DNA of 64,000 nt from the NCBI GenBank assembly GCA_047495785.1, contig JBLDXI010000020.1, positions 930,001 through 994,000 on the forward strand, in the 5' to 3' direction. The translations under genes were made by a program, and so were the position numbers. The notes below the pieces were generated by a model. The model saw nothing but the letters and a program-made list of their open reading frames with translations. It searched no databases and had not been told where the DNA came from. Shown here piece after piece: positions 10,905-21,438 of the stretch (positions are counted from its first letter, which is position 1; the number at the start of each line of letters is the position of its first letter). Source of the stretch: Lepidodermella squamata (lineage: Eukaryota; Animalia; Gastrotricha).

Positions 10905-12210
10905 ATGAATTTAATAAATTTGATAATCGTTGTTACCATTTGCTCTACTGGAACGATTTCTCAGCTAGCTGACCTAGCTGACACTGATGTTCGAGATTAC
11001 GTGTTCAAGAAATGCAATTTCTTGCGTACGGCCACGAGCCCACTTGATTACCAGCTCAACCAACCCCCCATTCCCGTCGACATATCAGTGCAGCTGAATC
11101 AGCTTGTGGCAGTTGACGATGTAAGCGAGACATTTAAAACCACAGCCATTATCAGCGTCATCTTTGAAGTTGAATGCATTCGGAATGCATCGATTCTATA
11201 CAACAAAACTCGACCTTTCAGAGGCAACTGGAAGTTATTCGCCTCTCAAGACTACTGGCAAGCCCCGTTTGTTCATTGGAACAGGTTCAATGATTTCAAC
11301 AGATAATGACCAAGTAAAAAATCCATTTTTTTGCTCACTAGCCGGGGTGATTACGGACTGTCGAAAGACTGCTTTACAAGCCTAGCAATTGATCCTTTCC
11401 GTGGCGTTGTGGCTTACGTGTACTCTGGCCTGCTAACCAGCTCTTGCACTTTGCATCTTGAAAAGCAAGCTAAAACACTTCAGCGTTGGCGATAGGTTAT
11501 AGTTCGTTTTATTTCAGTTTTCCTACTGATACTCAGACTTGCTCTCTTGATTTTGCACTGTGGATGTCAGACAAAATCGTGTCAATCCGCAATTCAACTG
11601 TTTCGTTTTTAAGCGGAACGGATTACATCACTGCCAATCTTGGTTGGAAGTTTATCAGTGCTACAGCAAGCATGTACCCGATTGAGAACGACAATGAAAG
11701 GTTTAGGCTGACAAGGATCTCAATTTCGATAGCCAGACTGCAGAACTACTACACTATCAACATCATATGGCCATCAGCTCTGTTGATGACTGTTCAGTAC
11801 GCAGCTTTCCTCATTCCTCCGGATATGGGCGACCGCTCAAGGTGAAGTTTTTGCCATATATGTTTGAAACAAACATTTATTTACTAACTAAACCCTTCAT
11901 TTTATTTAGCTTCGCAATTACTGTCCTTTTGAGTTTTAGTGTCATCAGCGCAAACATTCAAGCAAACATTCCGAAGACACCTGTCCCTGTTTTTCTCAGT
12001 CAGGTAACCCTGGTGCAAACGATATCAGCAGCCTTTGTCTGCCTGTACTCTGCATTTTCATGTGGCTGGGTTGATTCATTTGAATCATCAGCCGGGAAAA
12101 CGTATTCATTTTGTGGCAGGAAGGTTCGGCTGGTCCGCATTGTCGATACAGTGGTCATGATTACGACTTTGGTGACCTCTATTTCCGCGATTTTGTTATA
12201 CTGGATGTAG
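10905..12210 (+). CDS. Cys-loop ligand-gated ion channel subunit 3, 4 exons (intron 2 is GC-AG)
   Basis: Signal peptide, WQAP, Cys-loop C-TLHLENFPTDTQT-C restored by a GC-AG intron at 11465-11517, M1 YYTINIIWPS, M2 GDRSSFAITVLLSFSV. Confidence 0.88.
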
Positions 12211-12655
12211 CGACATTCGACGGTAATTTTGAGCTGGAAAGTCACCTTCCATCATAGATCTTCTGGCATAGATTAGCCATACAAAATTATAACACATTGA
12301 GCTTGCTAATAATAAATACATCTTTGAAAGGAAGTTCGCCATGTTTTTTCACTGCATAATCACTTGCCGATCATAACAATGCCTAGTGTATTGCTTCGAG
12401 TAGCTGAAGTATCGACCACTTTTGCTGGGCGCACTAATTGATTTCTCGGCGGGTGCTCACCATGGAGCCGATCTACTTCAAGCGAATAAGGAGCCTAAGA
12501 ATAATTTAAGCACCATCTGTTTTTTTGTGTTTCCGTAGCCAGCAAGGTCTCTTTTTGCAACGGCTTAGAAACGGTATCATTCACTAAAATAGCAAGTATA
12601 ATGGACTGAATATTTTCACATCATATAACCCTATATTTGCCTGTAAAAGTCATCA

Positions 12656-13999
12656 ATGGAGAAGACGACAAGTTCCGGAACAGTTCATCGCAACAATATG
12701 TTGCGCCAGCTTTTGGACAGCCAACTTAAAGATATTTCCCAAAAGCGAGCTCGGGCTGCAGCGGACATTATGGATGAAGTCTTGTCGTGGCGGGCGACGC
12801 AGCGAGATCTGCCTCGAACGACGGGATATCACAGCAGTCGAAAAGCTAACACCAAGATTCATCACCTTATCCAAGACTTATCAGATTTCAGCTTTCTGGC
12901 GACCCCGGCCTCTGAGAGTCCCACTCTACAGCGGCGAAAGGAGCGGCAACGAAAGATTAGAGAACCAGGGCCTACAAAAGGCAAAACATTACTCGACATC
13001 GATCTCAGCCCGCGTGACAAAGAACCTGAGAACGAAGCCGAGAATAAATTACCACCAATAACTAGTGAAAAGTCTTCGATTCTTGTAGCGCGAAACTTGC
13101 AAAACGAAACGTCTTCTGTTAGTAAGGCCAACGGGCTGGAGACCATTGAAGAGGTCAAGGAATCAACGCCTTCATCCAGGAATCCAACTGAACCACCGGC
13201 CCTAGAGCGCGAAATGACAAGGCAAAGTACCTTTGTAACTCTGCCAGACGAGATTCCGGTCATCCTAGCAGCTAAAGGTGAATTTTCAGCATCAACGCGC
13301 AGGTCATCGGTCAAGCAAGTAAGTATCAAGATTCCGACAAATGAATCCCCGGAGAAAAGCTTTATTGCCGATGATTTCGAGCCGACTGTGATTGATGATG
13401 ACGGGGAAGAATCGGTGGATGAGCAGCAAATTTTGAACTCGGCTAAGCACAGCAACGCCCCTCGAGCTTCCTCGCTTTTCAAGGCACTAGCGGCTACCAA
13501 TTATGTCCCGAATTGCCAACACAAGAAAACCGGTCTCCATAAACGTATCTCTTGCCCGGTGACTTCAGCGGCTCTGCGCAATATTCGAAGACGTAGGATG
13601 ATGGCGGAAAATACTGGACTCTCCTTCATCAATATGACTCGCCGCGAACTGGATAAACTACCGCCTATCAACTATCTATCGGATGAAGAGGTTGATGGCG
13701 AGAATGGCGCCCCTGCTATCCAATACTCAGGCCTACATAGATCAAAGGCAAGCGTACAAGATCTGGCGCGAATTACTGGGCGAAAGCTGTGCATCGAATT
13801 CGGTAAGAGGAGCATCCGCGAAGACTTGGACATGCTAGTGCAACAGGCGGAGAAAGAAGAGATGCAGAAACGCCGGCCTAGAAGTCCACCTAAAAGTAAC
13901 AAATACGCGCAACGCATGGACGCAATTTTGCCAAACGTTGACACTAGGCGTGACCCATTATCACTATCGCTTCCCGCAATTCATATCAAATACTCGTGA
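12656..13999 (+). CDS. Intronless, largely disordered charged protein, unknown
   Basis: 447-aa ATG-initiated ORF with AATAAA downstream (~14072). No recognised domain. Confidence 0.7.
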   Translation: MEKTTSSGTVHRNNMLRQLLDSQLKDISQKRARAAADIMDEVLSWRATQRDLPRTTGYHSSRKANTKIHHLIQDLSDFSFLATPASESPTLQRRKERQRKIREPGPTKGKTLLDIDLSPRDKEPENEAENKLPPITSEKSSILVARNLQNETSSVSKANGLETIEEVKESTPSSRNPTEPPALEREMTRQSTFVTLPDEIPVILAAKGEFSASTRRSSVKQVSIKIPTNESPEKSFIADDFEPTVIDDDGEESVDEQQILNSAKHSNAPRASSLFKALAATNYVPNCQHKKTGLHKRISCPVTSAALRNIRRRRMMAENTGLSFINMTRRELDKLPPINYLSDEEVDGENGAPAIQYSGLHRSKASVQDLARITGRKLCIEFGKRSIREDLDMLVQQAEKEEMQKRRPRSPPKSNKYAQRMDAILPNVDTRRDPLSLSLPAIHIKYS

Positions 14000-14468
14000 A
14001 ACCCGGTGGCACAATTAGCCCGATAGATTTTCATTTAAATCTTCATGTTTACTTTGAATGGTGTTTGACTTAATAAATTATGCCATTGCTCAAAAAACGG
14101 TATGCGTTTTTTTATATCTGCTCATTAGCGCGTGAAATCAGCTGGTTGTTCGAATCGGCGATTGCGTCGATGATAGGCAGTATTATCAGTGAATTGCCAC
14201 CTTAGAAATTGCAGTGTAGACGCAGCACATCGCCTGACGCCTTTGAATAAAATATGAATGACGCACCGTAGAAGAAGACCGCATGGGTACACATGTAAGA
14301 CAATGCCTAGCAACCGGCATGCACAGTATCCCTTCACTGCATTATATTGGCGACTTTGCATAGCGCAGCGGCAAAACAAATTTCCTTCGCCTCGGAGCGC
14401 CGAAAAACGCGAGGCGCAAGGCATCTCGGCTAATATAATTAGTATTGCGGCGCAATTTTGTTCAAAAA

Positions 14469-15432
14469 ATGGCTGGTATGTATTACCGCAAGTCTAAAAT
14501 AAGCGATCAACTGCCGACGACCAAGTTGTATGGCTTTAACAAATTGAGCACAAATGAAGTTAAGCACATCTCCAGCCGATTGGCGGAAACGCCAACAGTC
14601 AACCACCGCGCGAGATCTGCTAGGACAAGCCGGTTCGATGTGCTGTTCCAGCAAGTCGTGGCTGAATGCCCGCATGTTGCCTGTGAGAGGGACGACGAGT
14701 GCACATGTGTGCGGTCGGTCGGAGGTCACGATGCTAAACGAATGCTTGCTAGGCGCTTTGAGAAAAACTTGTCCTGGGAGCGGCAAATGAAGATCATCCA
14801 GCGACTACAGCGACCTACAACAGCAACGAGCAGCAAATCGCGCCGGCCTAGAACGGGAACATCGGCGGATTTGAGCGACGATGAGGATTTAATGGCTGGC
14901 AATAACCAACAGGTCATCTCGGCTCAACTAGATCCTAACTCCAGGGAAGCAATCGCCAGGGAGGAGTCGGCAAGGAGACATCGGGAGAAACTCCTCTCAA
15001 GACTTCAAGCGCCCACGCAAACTTTCATGCACAAACGATGGAATGGTCGGTGCTGGTACTGTGATTCGTAAGTTTTGAAACTTCCCCTATATAACATTCA
15101 AATGTAAACTGTCATCTTTCAGTGTTCATCCGGTTGACATTCCTCCCGAATGGTGCAAAGCGAATGAGAAGTATGTCAAGCCGGAGGAATTGGTTGAGAT
15201 CTTGCATAGGCTCAAAACACCAATCAGCTCTAATGGAAGTGGCGCACCTACTAAGCCTCCCTGCGGCCGCTATCAAGACATTCGTCAATTCGAGCAGCAG
15301 CATCGCCAACACTGGCCTCTGTGGTGCGGACTTGAACGTTCAAAGACAGTCGACGAGATTTTCGGCAGACTTTACACGCCTGGCAACGGCAAAGATGCAG
15401 ATAGCAGCGACGACGAAGGCAGCCAACAATAA
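14469..15432 (+). CDS. Two-exon protein with repeated RL-x-x-PT / RL-x-TP helical motifs, unknown
   Basis: A GT-AG intron at 15068-15123 joins CWYCDS|VHPVDIPPEWC in frame. Five related motifs: ISSRLAETPT, IIQRLQRPT, LLSRLQAPT, ILHRLKTP, IFGRLYTP. Confidence 0.7.
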
Positions 15433-15540
15433 TTATTTAGATTCTCAAATTTAGATCCCTTTTGCTCCTTTCAAAGTAGTTTATTCTCTCTTGAACTATG
15501 TCTTTTTTCAAACGAATAACAATCGCTTCAATAAAAAGAT

Positions 15541-17301
15541 TCAATGATTGTTAGTTTTAGTTTCCTGGGAAATTTCTGACATGAGCCTGAGCACGATTTC
15601 TTCCTTGAATTGAGGTGCTGCGATCTGAATAGCCACAGGAAGGCCTTGACTATCAGCCATCAGACCATCTTTGATAACTCGATGGAAAACATCCCTATCA
15701 CCAGGGTAAGATGTCATTGCCGCTTCATCTTCCCGTGTAACTTTAGTCACTGGGCAAATACCAGCTGGCCAATTGACGAAATTGAACAGAGAAGTGTATG
15801 TCAGGGTAGCGAGGACATCCCGCGGCGAATCTAAGGGCAGAGCCGGGCACGGAAACGACGGCCAGAGTAGTGCATCTAAACCTGAGTTTCTGAAAGCTTT
15901 TGAAAATTCGTGTCGATAATTGAGTATTTCCCGATAGGCCGCATTCGCTTCTTTAGCGCGACTTCCGACGCGCAGAGCTTTAATCAAACTAGCCGGGAGG
16001 TCGCCGATAAATTTTTGCATCAAGTGACCGGCGATCCATCTCATCCAGAAGGGAAACTTCGCAGCATACCAAGAAAGCCGGTTCGGAAATGAAATTTCAA
16101 TGTCTTCCCCCATCGCCACCGCAGTAGAATCAGCACCATCAACTATGGTTGATTTGAGGTAGAGGAAAAAGGCTTCGCGAAGTCTTGGAGCTGACCAGAG
16201 CACAAGTCTATGGCCTCGTTTCTCCAATGCTTTTCTCGCTAAATTTACAGCTCGTTTAACAGCTGGGACAGTTTCAATTACACCATCGCTAAGGCAGTAT
16301 CCAATGGTCAGTGGTTGCTTTGATGAGAACAAATCCTCTCGAAAAGGGACTGGTGCCATTGACTGAAAGCTGAACCGGTCGAAAGTTGCTTGCGAGTATA
16401 GGTTGCGGTGAACTGCAACAATGGCTTCGGTATCCCGCGAGATGAAACCAATCGTGCAATAATCTCGTAGGATGGAACTTGGCGTCAGAATTTGTGAAGG
16501 AAACGACCTGCCTTGAAACATTCTCTCCGTCGTCGGCTTCAACGCAAAAGCGCCACACCATATTGCAGGAATTCTCAAACTACCACCACCATCAGTGCCT
16601 ACGCCTAAGATGGAACCACCGCCTCCTATTAGAGCTCCTTCCCCAGATGTTGACCCGCCGGGGGACCGGTTGAGGTTGTGAGGGTTCCTGGTCATTCCGA
16701 ACACGCCATTTCTCGAGTCGAATGAAAGCATGGCCTGCGGTACGTTGGTTTTGACGAATGGCACGCACCCTATAGATTTGAGGAATTCAACGACAGGCGC
16801 GGTTTCATGATCGACAAAGCGTCCTAAATGCTGAGCATGTCCTTCAGTAGCCTCGGTACCTTCGAGGAAAAAGCATTCTTTGATGCTGACTGGAATGCCG
16901 TGGAGAGGTAGTTTCTTCTTCGCCAAGTCAAGATTCTTCGCTGCTGATGTAGCACCCTCCACAAACTCGGTCACAGCATTGCTGCTTTCAGTCACCTGCA
17001 AGGCCTGCTTTTGATAAGCCAACAGAGCTTGTTGAGCAGATATCTCTCCGTGAAGCAGCTTCTTCTGGAGGTCTTCAAATGGCAGAGAGCAAATGGCCTC
17101 AGAAGGAAAAGTCTCATTTCGAATGCGATCTCGACGCGAGTTTTCGGCCCGATGAAATGACTGAATTTTACTCAGAAGAGAATATCGCCTTTTCTGAGCT
17201 TTGAAAATCTTCGAAAGTAGTATCGTGGTCAGGAGGCACAAAAATGCCACCAGAATAGGCGGCAGCCATTTAGTGAATGGGACAATGTATTGCTCTGGCA
17301 T
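15541..17301 (-). CDS. FAAH: Fatty-acid amide hydrolase-like amidase (FAAH1 type), intronless
   Basis: N-terminal TM anchor and amidase signature PLHGIPVSIKE (Lys), SPGGSTSGEGALIG (Ser), GTDGGGSLRIPA (nucleophile Ser). Also YTSLFN and GLPVAIQI. Confidence 0.92.
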   Translation of the reverse strand: MPEQYIVPFTKWLPPILVAFLCLLTTILLSKIFKAQKRRYSLLSKIQSFHRAENSRRDRIRNETFPSEAICSLPFEDLQKKLLHGEISAQQALLAYQKQALQVTESSNAVTEFVEGATSAAKNLDLAKKKLPLHGIPVSIKECFFLEGTEATEGHAQHLGRFVDHETAPVVEFLKSIGCVPFVKTNVPQAMLSFDSRNGVFGMTRNPHNLNRSPGGSTSGEGALIGGGGSILGVGTDGGGSLRIPAIWCGAFALKPTTERMFQGRSFPSQILTPSSILRDYCTIGFISRDTEAIVAVHRNLYSQATFDRFSFQSMAPVPFREDLFSSKQPLTIGYCLSDGVIETVPAVKRAVNLARKALEKRGHRLVLWSAPRLREAFFLYLKSTIVDGADSTAVAMGEDIEISFPNRLSWYAAKFPFWMRWIAGHLMQKFIGDLPASLIKALRVGSRAKEANAAYREILNYRHEFSKAFRNSGLDALLWPSFPCPALPLDSPRDVLATLTYTSLFNFVNWPAGICPVTKVTREDEAAMTSYPGDRDVFHRVIKDGLMADSQGLPVAIQIAAPQFKEEIVLRLMSEISQETKTNNH

Positions 17302-17904
17302 ATTTTAGTAAATCATGCGTGCATGAGAAATAGCGTAGCTGTGTAAAGAGGGGTATACGCTTTTGCAAGGCAGGAAAAAATAAAATCGATAAAAGAGACG
17401 AGTATACACAATTGCACTGAATGGGTGCATGAAAATAAACTCAGTTTGATTTCCCGAATTTGAGACGTCGCATCTAAAGCCGGCCCTTACTATTACGTCA
17501 AATGATAAATGGGTGTTGCGCAACAACGAGTATGTATCCTCATTTGGCAGAGCACTGTTTGATTCTCAAAAAAAGAAGGGCCCCAAATCACTTGCAACAT
17601 CTTATTTATTTGAATTTTTCCTTCAGAGTAATGACAGCGAAATTCGAAATCATTATTAATTATATTTGAAACGAGTCGGATGAAAAACAGTTGCCCAATT
17701 ACAATTCCCGGCAGCCAGAAAATTGGAATCAATCAAATTGCGTGGTACGGTAGAAAAATACCCAAATTATCAGACAATTAAAGAAAGTTTATGGAAAACA
17801 TGAATAATTTACTGCTAATTAGTTCCTCAGCATTTGGAGCCGATTACAAATGATGCGAACAGTCGTTCATTTTATTGTATCCTTTGAAGCCTTCTTGCTG
17901 AATC

Positions 17905-20900
17905 ATGAAGGTTTATCAGCTTTTCGTGCAACCTGAAGAGGATGTATCCCAGCCGATAAACGATGTAGATTTGAAAAACTACCTGCTAACGTTTTTTCGC
18001 GAGACTACTCTCGCTGGACCACCGATGATGGTGAAGCAGCCTGGGTTTTTGAAAAAGCTGCTCTGGTTCATAGCCATAGCAGCTTGTGGTGTCGGACTTT
18101 ATTGGCAACTCGATGTGCGATTGTAACTGTATTTCTCCATGAGTTTATGGATTTTTGTGATTTCAGATATTCCTGGACAATTTCTTGTCCTTTTCACCGA
18201 GTACCACGGTCACGATATCGACAGCTCGCCAACTACCCTTCCCAGCAGGTAATATCTCTAAAGCAGGAGCTATGTCATTGATAATCTCAACCGCTTACTC
18301 AGTCACCATTTGCAATAATAATCCCGTGACAACCGATTGGTATTACGAGGTCAATCCTACAACAGCGCCTCCTGCGGGTCCCAGTGGGAGCCCGTCATCA
18401 AGCGGTTCTGGACAATCCGGTGGGCAATCATCGGGTGGATCCGGCTCTTCATCGGGAACTTCAGGAGGAACTGCGCCTTCATCGGGTACCTCGGGGGGAA
18501 CGGCTCCTTCTTCCGGTGGCTCGGCTCCATCATCGGGAACATCAAGTGGGTCGTCTCCTTCTTCTGGTGGAACAGCCCCATCATCGAGTGGAACTGCTCC
18601 CTCAGGCGGCGGAAGTGCTCCCTCAGGCAGCGGCACAGCTCCATCGGGAGGTACGGCTCCAAGTGGTTCGGGAGGCGGTTCGGCACCAGCCGCTCCACCC
18701 GGCCGGCGTAGGCGCTCAGTTGAATTCGCTGGCGATCGTCTGCAAGACAGCGGTTATCATCGTGTTAAGCGACAACAGCCGCCAAGTTCGCAATCGCCGC
18801 CAACAGCTTCCCAAGGACCACCTACTTCTGGCTCTGGGTCCCCTCCCCCTCCGCAATCGGGCCCAGCTCCGCCTCAAAAGCAAGATTTTTCAGCGTCTGT
18901 TCAAGAGCGATTGGCGATGATGTCGCAGGCATGTCAGACCAAATACAGCAATCGATCATACACTGGTATAAGATAACGATCCGAAAACAAAATGAAATAT
19001 ATTAGCTTTTCCCTATTAGGTCATCAACTATGGTAAAATTGACCTTTCATGCGTGACGGTGCATAAATGACACACTCTTTTAGTGATATGATTTTGTCTT
19101 GCGAATACTACGGAGTTTCTTGTCATATTGGAACGTGGGTGATTTCCTAAAATAATCACATCCTTTTAAATGAGTTATCCTTTCAGCAACTTTTCCATAT
19201 GGCACTGGAACCCGTCATTTGGTGATTTTGAATGTTAAAAAGCTTCATTCTTTGACTAATATCTATCCAGGGAACTGCTACACCTTTAACTCCGGCTACT
19301 CTACATCAACCAGCCCAGTTAAAGGCACCACACAGGATCTATGGTCATTGAAATACGGCGGAGATTCCGGTGGCGGCATTCGCATTTCCACCATGCCTGG
19401 GGACACTTACGGGTTGTATGTAGTTCTCAACTCGGATGTTGGCCACTACATGCCAACTTCGACAACTGTTGGATGGCGAGTTATCATTCACAACCAGACC
19501 GAAATGCCATTCCCGGAAGAAAGTGGTATCTTCGTGGCGCCTGGAACATCGACCAGAGTGGGCTTATCACTGAAATACACTGAGCGACTAGGCTCAGTGG
19601 ACAAGTAAGCTTTTCCAATAATTATTTCAGAAATGAAGAGGTTTCTTTTCTAGCAAATTATATGTAGCAAAGTACAGCGATTGCGTGTCAGACGGGAACT
19701 TCTATTACGACGATGAGAAAAACGCCTACTCGAAATTCATGGAAGTATCATACACTTCAAGCGCCTGTTTGAAAACCTGTTATCAAAAACAGGTCATGAA
19801 AACTTGCGGGGTAACTTTTCAAATTGATACCTCCATTTCTAACTTTGGAACTTGCAGTGCTTCGATTTCTACATCCCGAATGAAGGCAATGCTTTCAAAA
19901 GCATCGACGGCTACGCAGCCATGCCTCCTTGGTCTGTTTACTGCTTTGTTACTGGCTTGTTCCACCTTAAACTTATTTGTTCCTCTTTTTACAGCATATA
20001 CGAAAATACCACGTTGTGTAAGCTCGAACATTTCAGCAGGTGTCTGTTTTAACTGTCGGTTTTCCTAGGGACTTGTCGCGATGGGGTATATACGGCTTAC
20101 ACCAATGGTAGCATGGTTTGCGACTGCCCCGACAATTGCAAGTATGATTTGGCGAGGGACATCGTTTCACCCTTAAAACTTTGCGTTAGGTCGTATTCTT
20201 TTGATATGACCCTGTCGACGCTCGCCTGGCCGAACACAGTGCAGGATCCTTTAATGACTAGCTGCTACACGTTGTACTCAGTTCTTCAAAAGCGTATCAA
20301 CTACAACGACTCGCAGTGTACCAACATGTCGTACATTGCGGCTGATGTCTCAGATGGGACGCCTTACAATTTATTGGATCAACTGAAGAAATGCGCATCG
20401 GGCGAATCTTTCCCGCCAATCGGAAGTTTGACAACTACTGATGTGGTAAAATTAATGATACACCAGTATGTTCACGTTGTTAAAATTATTCGAATAGGCA
20501 ACAACGTATATCTCCAACCAATTCGCCGAACTTTACGTTTTCTATCGCGACTTTAACTATCAGGTTAGGACATCACGTAATGTGTCTTTTCATCATTTTC
20601 CCTCTACTTTCAGACAATCATCGAAACGGAGTCAGTCACCATCGCTGATGTATTCGCTAATTTGGGTTCGATAGTTTATTCTTATGCCATTAGCAATCAA
20701 TTTTTTATATTAAGGTGGCATCGTTGGCTTATTTTTTGGATTTACCATTCTCACCTGCTTCGAGTATGTTCAGCTGGCAGTCGATCTCATTTTGATCGGA
20801 TGTGCCAGGCTTTGCTGCAAGAACCCGGAGAAGTCTGCAAAAGTCGCCCCCGATGGACAGCCAGTGCATGGTGCTCCAAATTATCAACCTGTCTACAAAC

Positions 20901-20998
20901 CGGAGCATGCTAACTGGAACGGGTCTGGCTATCACAGCCAGCTCTACCCTGTCGGGTATCCAACGCAAGCGCCAGCCTATCCCTCATATCCTGCTTGA
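17905..20998 (+). CDS. DEG/ENaC channel subunit 1 (about 14 introns)
   Basis: TM1, FPAVTICNNNP, GNCYTFN, GWRVIIHNQTEMPFPEESG, thumb YTSSACLKTCYQ, CDCPDNC, TM2 FANLGGIVGLFFGFTILTCFE. All exons join in frame through short GT-AG introns. Confidence 0.93.
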
Positions 20999-21438
20999 AT
21001 ACTCAAGTGATGGAAAACAATGTTGACCTAATTTTGCACTTCGTTAATTCAGAATATAGAGAGGAATAATATATTGAGACTAATGATGAATCGAACAATC
21101 TTACAAATAGTTGCTTAGCAATCTTATCAGTAATTGGAGTGTGTTTCTTTCTAGAGAATAAAAGTGTTTTCGATTGCATACCAGAGTTGGGCAAAATAAT
21201 AAATGAACTCACAATCGACGAGCTCAATTATTCAATGACGCAGGCGGCCTTGCTTCGAAGCGCCGCTTTACGAACAATGAACACAGTCAATGACAACAAT
21301 TGATTTGCGGCCGACATGTTTTCGCGCCCACTAATTTTCTTTTTATAAGCCTCGAGGCTTGCTTCTTGTACCGTTAATTGACCGTCTTTCTTGTATAACA
21401 GATTGCTGTACTGCAATTTCTAGACGGTTTCATCTGCA

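Noticed and set aside
12862-13500. 212-aa minus-strand ORF
   Set aside because: Antisense to the longer ATG-initiated 447-aa ORF, with no independent features.
18700-18772. Spacer of ENaC gene 1 as a currently spliced intron (gtaggc...ttaag)
   Set aside because: Using that GT would shift the frame, and the segment reads through as open coding sequence, so it is treated as exon.
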